A stretch of DNA of 63,392 nt, the filler included, from Octopus bimaculoides (lineage: Eukaryota): NCBI RefSeq assembly GCF_001194135.2. It is 7 parts of 7 records of this genome, joined end to end, with 100 filler letters (N's around TTAATTAATTAA, not from the genome) between each part and the next. Parts side by side here need not be neighbours in the genome. Positions count along the whole stretch, not along the records: positions 23,434 to 29,384 come from NC_068999.1; positions 29,485 to 54,252 come from NC_068982.1; 5 more parts are not named here. One strand, written 5' to 3'. Position 1 is the stretch's first letter. Every line of letters begins with the position of its first letter. Shown one piece after another: positions 25,224 through 36,752 of the stretch. The position numbers and the translations under genes are program-made. The notes beneath the pieces were generated by a model. That model was not told the origin of the DNA. It saw only the letters and a program-made list of their open reading frames with translations, and made no database searches.

Positions 25224-27415
25224 GAGTAGAATCTATTATGTTTAGCAAGGCATTAGCGGTAGAGAGAAATAGAATAGAGGGAGATTTAGTTAGGAAGTTA
25301 GATGAGGTGCTTAGGACAGGCATCGCAACTGAAGTGCTGGCGACCAGATTGGCCCTCGACCAATTTTTCGACGCCAAACACGAATGCTGTGTTGCCAGAG
25401 CTAAGGCGGAGATGAAAAGTGGCCATAAAGTCACCATTCTGTCTTCGGTGGACCAGAACGGATGCGTGGTGTTCGAGCCGAAACAGATGTGTGCAGCATT
25501 TCAGCGACACTTCGCTCAACTGTTCGGGACGAATGGTAGGACGGATAACAGGGCAGACTTCGGTGTGTACCTGGACGGCCTGTCACGACTCTCGACGAGC
25601 GAGGTGGAGTGCTGTGAAAGGCCGATAACAGCCGTGGAAATACAGGAAGCGATGAAGAGTTGCACAAGAGGCAGAACACCGGGTTTGGATGGTCTGTCCT
25701 ACGAGTTTTATACTTCGAAGCCAGACTTGTTTGCGGGCCTCTTAGCGAACATCTACTGCAACTGGCAGCAAAATGGGAGAATTCCCACTTTTGTCTGTCG
25801 AGGGCTAGGATCCAAACAACGGGGCCGTTATAGAGAATTTCAGCCCATCACTCTGCTCAATGTAGAGTTGAATATTTTGGCCAAGTTGTTAGCCAAGAAG
25901 TTGGCGCTTGTCGTGTGGTGAGGCACAAACTTGCGCCATCCCAACCAGGAGTGTTCACGATAACCTCCATCTTCTGCGCTACATCATAGAGAAAATGGGT
26001 AACGAAGCTGGCATGGGTGAGTATCTGATCAATTTAGATCAATCTAAAGCTTTTGATAGGGTCGACCATCAATACTTGGCGGCTGTCCTCAGAGTAGTCG
26101 GTCCCGTTAAGTTTCTCGGATTTTGGTTTGGTTCGGACACCCAGGCAGAGAAGAACTGGGACGAGGTGACGGGCAGGGTAGCCAATATCACCCAGAAATG
26201 GGCCGAGAGAAAGCTGTCCCTGAAAGGTCGAGTGGAGGTGGCGAATGCGTACATCACATCCGTCGTCTATTACCGCTTGACTATCGTCCCTTGTCCAGTT
26301 TGCTGGTTGACCAAGCTGGTGCGCTTTCTCTTCCGCTTTCTGTGGAAGGGGCGCGTTTCACTGGGCAGGTTCTCCATCTACTGTCAACCACCGCTGAATG
26401 GAGTACTGGGTATGCCGTGGTTACTGATGCGCAAGCATGCGCTGAGGTTGCGGCATCTCCAACGTTTCCTTGACAGTGATCAGGTGTGGTCACCGTTTGT
26501 AAGTCACACTTTTCCACAGCTCGTCTCTTTGACTCAGTTGCAATCCTGGATTAGGCGTAGACCGAAGAGAGGCATTTGGCACCTCGAGTGCTGCTAAGCG
26601 CTCACAGCCCTCCACCAGGCAGGCAGGCAATGCAGTCGATGGTAGTTTTACTCTAGCGTTCTATAGAGGGCTTAGTGGAGAGAAAGTGCGACGACGTTCT
26701 CGGGGAAACTCTGGGTGTCGATGTAGATCAACTAACGGTCTCTTTCGGAGAACTTTCGGACCTGGGCCTACAGATAACTTCCAGAAATCCCCTTGCTTGC
26801 AGTGCTACCGAGGGGCGCTGCCTGTTTGAGATAAACTTTACAGACACGGAAGTGCCGTCAGCCAGGCCTGCCCGAGGTGCGCCCAAAACGATGAAATGGC
26901 TTTGCACACCCTCCTCTAGTGCCCGAGTATTGCTGAGCTGTGGATTTATGTCGAATACCTGCTGCCTAGGGGCTGTAGCGAAATAGGTAGTATGGTGGAC
27001 CCGTTTGAAAGGGCTAAAGACAAGCACTTTCCTCTTTGGCCAAGCCCTCATCAACTTTTTCAAGTTTCACTTGAAAAGGAAGTTGACGGTGAAGAGGGAA
27101 GTGTTACCTTGTAGCAAGTCTGTTGAAACGTTATTGAATGTTGGAAGAATGGCCAGTATGAAAGGACCAATTCTGAGCATGCATCTGTAAACAAAAGGGC
27201 TCTTGCCCTGTTGTTCAGGCACCCGTGACGTTTGTGGGTTTTTTCATGAGGTCCTTAATGTGCCCCCCCGCATTGGGTGTTTTAAATTGTTTAATTTTTA
27301 ATCGTTATATATAGTTTACACGTTGTTAAACCCATTGTATCGTCCTGTTTTTGTATTTTATGTTGTATGTCTTTTAAGGTAATTTTATGTAAGCCCTTGT
27401 GGCCAATAAACAAAT

Positions 27416-27416
<1 letters not shown>
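25223..27416 (+). pseudogene. Tx1-like (L1 clade) LINE ORF2, 5'-truncated, RT core internally deleted
   Basis: TPGLDGLSYEFY, FQPITLLNVELNILAKLLA, QTCAIPTRSVHDNL, NLDQSKAFDRVDH, then a jump near 26100 to VKFLGFWF..W.ERKLSLKGRVEVANAYI. Degenerate CPRC..E..LHTLL*C at ~26869-26925. (TTA)n on both sides. Confidence 0.9.
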
Positions 27417-27476
<60 letters not shown>

Positions 27477-27496
27477 CATCATTATTATTATTATCA

Positions 27497-27575
<79 letters not shown>
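27417..27575. repeat. (ATT)n/(ATC)n microsatellite at Tx1 3' end
   Basis: Direct reading. Confidence 0.95.
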
Positions 27576-27576
<1 letters not shown>

Positions 27577-28344
27577 TCAAGTAAAGGTTCAGAGATCTGG
27601 CCCAAAATATGCGGCGAAATACTTTGATGACTAACAATGCAAAACATGTAATCCACAATAGTAAGAAGGTATAACTACATATATTTGGGCTTAATCTCGA
27701 CAAAAAATGAACAACAATACGAGTATTTTATTCCCAACACACGATTTCGAAACAAATTGCTTCCCGAACAAATGACATACAAGAATTATTCCCATTATTG
27801 TTGCTGAATATGTTGCTCGAATATGCTAACAACAAGTTACCATTTCTGAGGAATGTAATTCAATTCTGAAGCGCTTCACAGAATCTTGCTATTCAATATG
27901 ACAAGATTTCATTCTTTCATTGTCAGAAAAATCAGTTCGCAGGACGTAACATATTCTTTATATCGGATCCATTGAGAGGGTTTGGTGAAAGAACTGGTGG
28001 AAAGGGGGAAACCCAACATCAACGGTCCTTGTTTAAACCGCTTTGGAACTCGCATCAGCTTCAATGGTGTTCTTGTCGCTGAACCGATTTATAATGCAGA
28101 TAAATTTCGCTTTGAATCTCACTAAGATTTCCTGCGTTCTTTCTTAATCTGATCCCCGCTTAATCTTGTCAATTACTTCTTCCTTGCTTCAGTATCAAAA
28201 CTAATGTGATAAACTAGAACTAAGTCTAAGTTGTTATTGCTGTATTACCATTGTTGTTGTTGCTTTATTATTACTATCATTGTTGTTGTTGTTGCTGCTG
28301 CTGTTATAGTAGCAGTAGTTGATGTTTTTGTTGATGTTGTTGTA

Positions 28345-28379
<35 letters not shown>

Positions 28380-28385
28380 CATTAT

Positions 28386-28590
28386 TAAGGCGCCGAGTTG
28401 GTAGAATCGTTAGCACACCGGGCTTAGCGGTATTTCGCCTGTCTTTATGTTTTGAGTTCAAATTCCGCCGAGGTCAACTTTGTCTTTCGTCCCGTGGAGG
28501 TCGATAAAATAAGTACCAGTTGTACACCGGGGTCGATATAATCGACTTAACTCCTTCCCTAAAATTGCTCCTCGTGCGGAAAAATTTGAA
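28386..28590 (+). mobile_element. SINE family A, near full length (tail 2, ends in (ATT)n)
   Basis: aaggcgccgagttggtagaatcgttagcac...GAGTTCAAATTCCgccgagg...aaatttgaaaccattattatt. Confidence 0.9.
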
Positions 28591-28645
28591 ACCATTATTA
28601 TTATTATTATTATTATCATTATTAACATTATTGTTGTTGTTATCG

Positions 28646-28695
<50 letters not shown>

Positions 28696-28711
28696 ATAAC
28701 TATTATTTAAG

Positions 28712-28812
28712 ACGGCTATATTGCAGAATCGTCAGTAGGCCTGGCAAATCGCCGAGCCACACTCCGTCCCTCTTAACGTTCTGATTTCAAATTCCACCTA
28801 GGTCGATTTACC
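28712..28812 (+). mobile_element. SINE family A, degenerate 5' part
   Basis: gcagaatcgtcag...acgttctgatttcaaattccacctaggtcga. Confidence 0.7.
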
Positions 28813-28969
28813 TAAGTGCGCCGCAACCGGTATGCCGAGACACAGTGGTGTGATACGAGACGATGCTAGGTGTGCCGCAGTATAACCAGAATATAATTTT
28901 TTTCCCTCTACTTTTAATTACATTTTGAATTTTGAAAAGAACATAAGTGTATCGTAAGTGAAAAAATGG

Positions 28970-29100
28970 CTGCAGAGCACTGAATTAGCGGTTCATTCTT
29001 CTGCATCAATAAAATACATACTAGTTGAACGCTGGAATCGATGTATCGACTAGTCCCCTCCCCATGAAATTGGAGGCACTGTGCCCAAATCTGAAATTAT
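28970..29100 (+). mobile_element. SINE family A, degenerate 3' part
   Basis: ctggaatcgatgtatcgactagtcccctcccc...tgtgcccaaatctgaaattattatt. Confidence 0.7.
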
Positions 29101-29172
29101 TATTACCATTATCATTATCTTTGATGCCATTGCTGCTGCCGTTGCTGTTGTTGCCGTCATCGTCATCAATAT

Positions 29173-29239
<67 letters not shown>

Positions 29240-29384
29240 GTTGTCGTTGTCACAATTTCCCGCCCCGTCTTCATCGTCATCCGTCTCATCAACATCTTCA
29301 ACATCATTATCATTCGTCATCGTTAAAATCCTTATCATTATTGTCATCATAAGCATTAACATGATTTTCATCAACATCGCATTA

Positions 29385-29484
29385 NNNNNNNNNNNNNNNN
29401 NNNNNNNNNNNNNNNNNNNNNNNNNNNNTTAATTAATTAANNNNNNNNNNNNNNNNNNNNNNNNNNNNNNNNNNNNNNNNNNNN
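29385..29484. other. Artificial scaffold joint (44 N + TTAATTAATTAA + 44 N)
   Basis: Counted directly. Confidence 0.95.
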
Positions 29485-29515
<31 letters not shown>

Positions 29516-30499
29516 TTATGAACGATAGTGGTGTCAATTAGACGCAGAGGTTTCAGGTAATGCTGAGTAAGTGCAATGGATAGGCCACAGTTAAGCTCCA
29601 GGTTCGGTGGTTATGAGAATAAGGGTTCCAACGTAGGTCATATATCACCGTGTGAATATAAGGATTTACTTATAAAAAAAAACAAAGGCTGTGTATAATA
29701 TAGAACATTTATAAATAGAAGGTCTTACATATGTAAAATCAAAGACAATTACAATGAGTATGGAGATTAACACATCTATATATATTTTTTCTTTTTATTT
29801 TACAGTTAATTGTGTAGCATATTTACTTTTAATCTGTTTGAAGTACGTTTCTGCCACATAAAAAAATTAGCAAATGCTATTTTCGAATGTTTTGCAGTCT
29901 ATGCAACTCTATTCAATGTCTGTCTATATACTTCATATATTTAATTTTAGCTGATTTAATAGCCAACAACTGTACACAATATTGGAAGATCACAAACTAT
30001 TAGTTCAACTAAGACTAAGGTTGAAAGAATAGACTTCGATCTACTTAAAGGTCTAGACCTCACATCCTGAACTTGAACCTAAGATCGAGATGAGATCAAC
30101 CATTTAGTAGTTTTTTATAGCGATATCAAGTTTCTAAATTTTCTCAAAATCTTTTCTTTCAAAAAACATAGTAACCTGGGAAAATAACGTTAGCCAAGTA
30201 TATATATAAACTTAGTTTGGTTCGGACTACATTCGTGGAGAGATCTTGAATACAAGTAGCATAGACTACTAACCAGTGAAACATAGTTGGATGCAAATGC
30301 AACTGTTCATTTTCACTGCAGCAGAAATATTCGTAGGACAAATTTAACCCAAATATGCATCATAATTTACTGTCAGAAAAAAAAAACCCAGAAGCAGTTG
30401 TAATAATCATCATATTCAATGTAATTGTGTTGGATACATAATCAGGAAAATATTCATAATCCCACAAATTTGACCTTAGATTTTCACATCGGATTAATT

Positions 30500-31270
30500 A
30501 CAGTGAGACTATCTACACTAAATAATCCTGGTATAGTTTATCGCTATAAAGTACCACATAGTATATACACCAGGATAGAGCAATCATAAACGGAAACGCC
30601 ACCGCAAGACCTTATTGTTTGCTCCCCACTCCTCCTTAAACGTCCGGACATGTGTAGGTAAGATTTTTCTTAGGTTGGTTGATAAGAATTTCACGCGATC
30701 ACACAAATATAGACAGATCTTTAACAGACATAATTTAAGGATCAGTTGTGCACACAAGGTTAAGACAGTATTACTTAGCACTCCTAAACCAGGGATAGAG
30801 CCAGGTTGTTCATGTGGAATTCGAAATGGATGCCCAGTGGACGGCCGATGTAACACCGAGGCTACAGTGCACTAGGCAAAGGTAGACTCAAACAGGAGCA
30901 GCAAAATTATCAGTAACATCAATGCCAACACAGGGACACACACTAAGCTTTATGTGGGATCTTGTGAATTACAAATTTAGAATGCACCTAGACAACAACA
31001 GAACTTCTTTCAGGGTCTCAGAGAGACGCAACACAACGATACTCGTAGCATACGTATGGCGCCTAAAGGACGATCATACGCCCTTTAACATAAGGTGTAA
31101 ATTACTAGAAACTTGTGGACCTTATCGCAAGGGATAAAGACTGTGTAAATTGTGTATGGCAGAAAAATATATAATCCTAATGAACTCCCATAGAGCTAGG
31201 GGGATACCTGAACTCCAGGACGGAAGCCGTGGGGAGTTGTTCATATCTTCGGAAAATTTTACTTCAAAAT
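30500..31270 (+). pseudogene. Penelope-like retroelement: RT thumb, Cys-rich linker and GIY-YIG endonuclease; degenerate
   Basis: SLNVRTCVGKIFLRLVDKNF..HKY.QIFNR, CSC....CPVDGRC, YVWRLKD....FNI....L..C.PY..G...CKLCMAEKYII are typical PLE C-terminal motifs. Confidence 0.88.
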
Positions 31271-31579
31271 TGGAAAACTTAGTTATCAAGCCAAGGAAGA
31301 CAACTCGCCAAGCCATATTTTTTTTAAGTGGAATCTTTCTTCAACTGTCACCGGCTTTCTTGTGTCTTTTTTTTTTTAAACGTTATTTTCAGATAACAGT
31401 TATCGTTTAGAGAAAATGAAAATATGTCTAGTTCACGCTGTATATGAAACCAATGGTTTTTCTCTAAAACCGTTACTTTACACACACACACACACATACA
31501 CACAAACAAACAAACACACGCACGCACGCACACACACATATATACATACATGCATACATACATGCATACATACATACAT

Positions 31580-31732
31580 ACGAGGGCTAAACATAGAGGG
31601 AACAAACAAGGCCAGATAAAGGGATTAAATCGATTACATCGACCCCAGTGCGTAACTGGTACTTATTTCATTGACCCCGAAATACTGATAAGCATTTCAC
31701 CCGACGTGCTAACAATTCTCTCAGCTCACCGC
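31580..31732 (-). mobile_element. SINE family A (tail 3), internally deleted
   Basis: Reverse complement has the head, taagtaccagttacgcactggggtcgatgtaatcga and ttgtttgttccctctatgtttagccc. Confidence 0.8.
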
Positions 31733-32247
31733 CTTCTGTATTTTTCTTCAACTGAAACTGTTGCTAATCTAAAAAGAAATGGAATGGCGAAATTATTTCT
31801 TCGTTTTCTGAAAAAGCAACGTTTTCGATTTACGATGCTTTTGCATCACAGAAACGATATATACTATAGTTATTACTGTAGAGTTGCGTAGCTTAGTGTT
31901 TAGGGTGTTGCATTCATGTTTAGCATAATTGTGGTTTCGACTCTTGGACGAGGTGAGGCGGCCTGTTCTTGAGCCAAACATTTAATTTTACCTTACAACA
32001 CTACACTCAACTGGTTAAAATGAGTATTTTTGACATATGCCAGTGTTCTGACCAGAGGGGAATATACACGCTACATATTTCCGAAAGCAAACTTTATGGG
32101 CACACAAATCAACGATTATCCTTTTCATAGATATAACTAGTTGCAAAATGCTGAAACATAATATCATAGGTTGACACCAACAGCCTGTACAACAGAAAGA
32201 GAATGAAGTGATTGGAGCAAAAGAACTTCCATTTATTTAGGTTACAG

Positions 32248-32347
32248 GGATATGGCGTGGTCGTTAAGAGCGCGGGCTACTAACCTCAAGATTCCAAGTT
32301 CGATTCCAGGCAGTGACCTGAATGATAAAAAATAATGATAATAATAA

Positions 32348-32378
<31 letters not shown>

Positions 32379-32565
32379 AACATCGAAAAATACCTTAGGA
32401 ATGAGAACCCAGGTTCGAAATTTCCCCAAGGCACCTGATGAAGGCTGGAGGGTAATCAGCTGAAAGGTTGTGTTAACAAAAGACACGATGAGGACAAATA
32501 TCCGTAAAATGTAAATAATGTAAATAATGTACATAATTCCTCATCTCTCAAATACAGAACTGTAA
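32248..32565 (+). mobile_element. tRNA(Arg)-like-headed SINE with hammerhead-like core in its 3' half
   Basis: Head ggatatggcgtggtcgttaagagcgcgggctactaacctcaagattccaAGTTCGATTCCaggc; (AAG)n linker; CTGATGA-A-GGCTG-loop-CAGCT-GAAA at 32435-32465; (aatgtaaat)n tail. Confidence 0.7.
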
Positions 32566-32686
32566 AGCATTCTGATCATATTGGCACAGAAATTCTCTCC
32601 CTTTATTCAACAGCTTAAGACAATAAAATTACTTTTGACATGCACCTAGATCAATTCGCATGCACATTCACATACACACACACACA

Positions 32687-32760
<74 letters not shown>

Positions 32761-32924
32761 NNNNNNNNNNNNNNNNNNNNNNNNNNNNNNNNNNNNNNNN
32801 NNNNNNNNNNNNNNNNNNNNNNNNNNNNNNNNNNNNNNNNNNNNNNNNNNNNNNNNNNNNNNNNNNNNNNNNNNNNNNNNNNNNNNNNNNNNNNNNNNNN
32901 NNNNNNNNNNNNNNNNNNNNNNNN

Positions 32925-32967
<43 letters not shown>

Positions 32968-34398
32968 ATGTATGTATGCATGTATGTATATGAGTATGTA
33001 TATTTATATACATATATGTTTATTATATATACACTTTCTATATTAGATATTATATTTTATATACTTACATTTACTTACTATATACAAACATATATTCATA
33101 TGTACATACAAATATACAGGTGTGTGCGTAGGTGTGTATGGATGGAGAGAAAGAGAGTAACAAAGCAGATAATTGAAAACAGAAAATAAAAGAAGAGGGC
33201 GAATTAGAAAAACCTAAGAACAATAAATGAAGGAAATAAAGAAATGAGCATCAAAAATACGATATCCGATAATAAGATCAGTGGATGAGTATCTAAAAAT
33301 GTTACAAGATATAATGCTCCGAGATAGAAACCAAAACAAATAAGAAGGATCCATTAAGAGAAGATACGAGTTGAGGAATAAAGAGGATGTAAAGAAAATG
33401 GGGAAGAATGAAGAAACAGATCTTGTTGCGTTTGCTTTTTAATATAATTATAGCAGATTTAATAAACAAACAAAAAGCAAACTGCAGGAACAAAGCGAGG
33501 AACAATGATAATATCAAAAGCAAGAAGAGAAATAAAGAAACCTATGATATCCGAATATAAAATTGTTAACATTAAAACAAAAGGCTAATTATACAAAAGA
33601 CATAAAAAGATAGAAATAGATATATAAACATAGGCAAATTTATAAGTATCAAAAGGTGTATATATATATATATATATATATATNNNNNNNNNNNNNNNNN
33701 NNNNNNNNNNNNNNNNNNNNNNNNNNNNNNNNNNNNNNNNNNNNNNNNNNNNNNNNNNNNNNNNNNNNNNNNNNNNNNNNNNNNNNNNNNNNNNNNNNNN
33801 NNNNNNNNNNNNNNNNNNNNNNNNNNNNNNNNNNNNNNNNNNNNNNNNNNNNNNNNNNNNNNNNNNNNNNNNNNNNNNNNNNNNNNNNNNNNNNNNNNNN
33901 NNNNNNNNNNNNNNNNNNNNNNNNNNNNNNNNNNNNNNNNNNNNNNNNNNNNNNNNNNNNNNNNNNNNNNNNNNNNNNNNNNNNNNNNNNNNNNNNNNNN
34001 NNNNNNNNNNNNNNNNNNNNNNNNNNNNNNNNNNNNNNNNNNNNNNNNNNNNNNNNNNNNNNNNNNNNNNNNNNNNNNNNNNNNNNNNNNNNNNNNNNNN
34101 NNNNNNNNNNNNNNNNNNNNNNNNNNNNNNNNNNNNNNNNNNNNNNNNNNNNNNNNNNNNNNNNNNNNNNNNNNNNNNNNNNNNNNNNNNNNNNNNNNNN
34201 NNNNNNNNNNNNNNNNNNNNNNNNNNNNNNNNNNNNNNNNNNNNNNNNNNNNNNNNNNNNNNNNNNNNNNNNNNNNNNNNNNNNNNNNNNNNNNNNNNNN
34301 NNNNNNNNNNNNNNNNNNNNNNNNNNNNNTATATATATATTTGTAAAATCTCAAGAGGAGATCAGTGTAGTAACTATACTAATAAGTAATGTTATCGT

Positions 34399-35237
34399 CA
34401 CATCAAAGTGGCTGTTCCATGTTACAACTAGTAACATTGTAAACAAAGCGACCATCGATCACGGATTTGCAACAAGCAAAATAACTAGCTGTAAGATCTC
34501 GAGAAGTGAGAGTTGTAACTTTACTAACAAATAACGTTTATCACCACATCAAAGGGACTGTTCTATGTTACTGAAAGTTTAACCCCAGGCAGATCATCCG
34601 CTCGCTGAATATCGGTGCGGCGCTGTACCCTTTAAATTGCCAGCGGATGGAGCGAACCCCTACCATACTGTAGCAAACAACGGGATAGCAATACTGACTA
34701 ACTTTTGAGTTGATTGACTCATCCTCAGTTGTAAGTACCTGGTCGTAAGAGCGATAGACATGGTTCGCTCCAGGCAGCAATACATATTAAACAAATTGAC
34801 CATCGGTCACTGATTTGCAATATGCAAAATAGCTAATTATATAATCTCAAGAAGAGATCAGAGTAGTGATTATACAGACTAGTAAAATTAATAACCACAT
34901 TAAAGGGGCTGTTACATGTTAGTATTAGTTTAAACCGAGGCAGATCTTCCGCCAGCTGGTTATCGGTGCGCCTCTGCATCCTGTAAATTACTAGCAGGGG
35001 GAACGGACTCCTACTATTAACTTTACTTGTTAGTATATTTACTAATGTGATCTCTTCATGAGATTTTACAAATCGCTATTTAGTCTGTTGCAAATCAGTG
35101 ACTGATGGTCACTTTGTTTACAATATACTGCTAGCTGAAGCGGACCTGGCTATTGCTCTAATGACCAGGAATTCGCAACTGTGGATGAACCAACCAGCTT
35201 AATGCTGATTCAGTCACGCAATCCTGTTGTCTGCTAG
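34399..35237. repeat. Modular direct plus inverted repeat block (A/B units)
   Basis: Unit A (cacat.aaagg..ctgtt..atgtta) at 34399, 34544 and 34895. Unit B (gaccatc.gtcactgatttgcaa) is forward at ~34435-34510 and 34671-34875, and inverted at 35035-35237. Confidence 0.8.
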
Positions 35238-35830
35238 AGGGTTGTCAGGATTCGTTAGCAACATACAGAGTGCAACACCGCACAGATAACCAGCTGTCGG
35301 AATATCTGCCTGAGGTTAAACTAGTAATAACATGGAACAGATACTTTGATGTGGCGATTAACTTTACTTTTATATATATATACATATATATATATNNNNN
35401 NNNNNNNNNNNNNNNNNNNNNNNNNNNNNNNNNNNNNNNNNNNNNNNNNNNNNNNNNNNNNNNNNNNNNNNNNNNNNNNNNNNNNNNNNNNNNNNNNNNN
35501 NNNNNNNNNNNNNNNNNNNNNNNNNNNNNNNNNNNNNNNNNNNNNNNNNNNNNNNNNNNNNNNNNNNNNNNNNNNNNNNNNNNNNNNNNNNNNNNNNNNN
35601 NNNNNNNNNNNNNNNNNNGGTCCTTTGTGTCAAGTTGCCATCGACACCCATTAACGAATTTTCATGATACTTTGCAAACATGCTAAAGTAACATCCAGTT
35701 TGTTACTATCCTCATTATAGTTTAATAAAATCTGTAATTGAATGGCTAGGCCCCTATAAGAGGTCTACATATAGCCCATACATTTTCCTTTAACAGCCAA
35801 GCGAAATAACCCGTTTATTTTCCTTTATTT

Positions 35831-36469
35831 GCAGTTCTGCTAAGTGGTGGTCGCACAGCTAATTCCTGCTTCAAACTCCCTTTCGATCTGTCCAACAAAG
35901 AGAAGGCAAACTGCAACATCAGTCATGGTTCTATAAAAAGCGAACTTCTGGATGAATGTAGATTGATCCTATGGGACGAGGCGACAATGTGCCATGCGGT
36001 TTCCTTTGAAACTCTTGACATGGCCCTTCCAGATATGAGACAGAACACCAGGCCCATGGGAGGTGTCACAGTCTTTAGACAAACCCTTCTCGTGGTTCCA
36101 AAGGGAACAAGACCTGATGATGTAAATGCCAGCATAAAGTTGTCCTACCGATGCAGTAGTGTGTAAAAGTTGAGACCCACAATCAACATGAGAGTACAGC
36201 TCAGTGCTGATGATGCAGACAGAACATTTTCAAAGCAACTGTTGGACGTCAGTAATGGCACTTCAGTAGGCGAGAAGGATGGCTGGGTAAGCTCGCCTTT
36301 TGGATGTATGGTATCTCGTTTAAAGGAACTAATGAATGCGGTGTTTCTTAACCAGAGGAACCAGTTTACAGACCACAACTGGGTGAAAAGCCGTGCCATT
36401 TTACCTCCAAAGAATGTGTCAGTTCATGATTTGAACATCAAACTTCTGGAACAGTTGCCAGAAGAGTAA
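35831..36469 (+). pseudogene. Helitron-type PIF1-family helicase fragment
   Basis: One frame with one internal stop: LLSGGRTANSCFKLP...LILWDEATMCH...FETLD..L.D.R....MGG...FRQTL.VVP.G...NMRVQL..FSKQLLDV.NG...RAILPPKN.SV..LN..LL..LP. Confidence 0.9.
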
Positions 36470-36752
36470 ATCGAGCTCGGCGCAATTTAAACTCAGAACG
36501 TAGCGGCAGACGAAATATCTATTTCTTTACTACCCACAAGGGGTTACACACAGAGGGGACAAACAAGGACAGACAAACGGATTAAGTCGATTATATCGAC
36601 CCCAGTGCGTAACTGGTACTTATTTAATCGACCCCGAAAGGATGAAATGCAAAGTCGACCTCAGCGGAATTTGAACTCAGAACATAGCGGCAGACGAAAT
36701 ACCGCTAAGCATTTCGCCCGGCGTGCTAACGTTTCTGCCAGCTCGCCGCCTT
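36470..36752 (-). mobile_element. SINE family A full length (tail 3), followed by a second family-A internal segment
   Basis: Reverse complement: ggcggcgagctggcagaaacgttagcacgccggg...ccccttgtgggtagtaaagaaatag, then tatttcgtctgccgctacgttctgagtt. Confidence 0.92.

Noticed and set aside
32248-32320. tRNA gene (also 11195-11270 and the SINE-A/B heads)
   Set aside because: No proper acceptor stem or terminator, and the sequence runs into a SINE body; treated as SINE heads.
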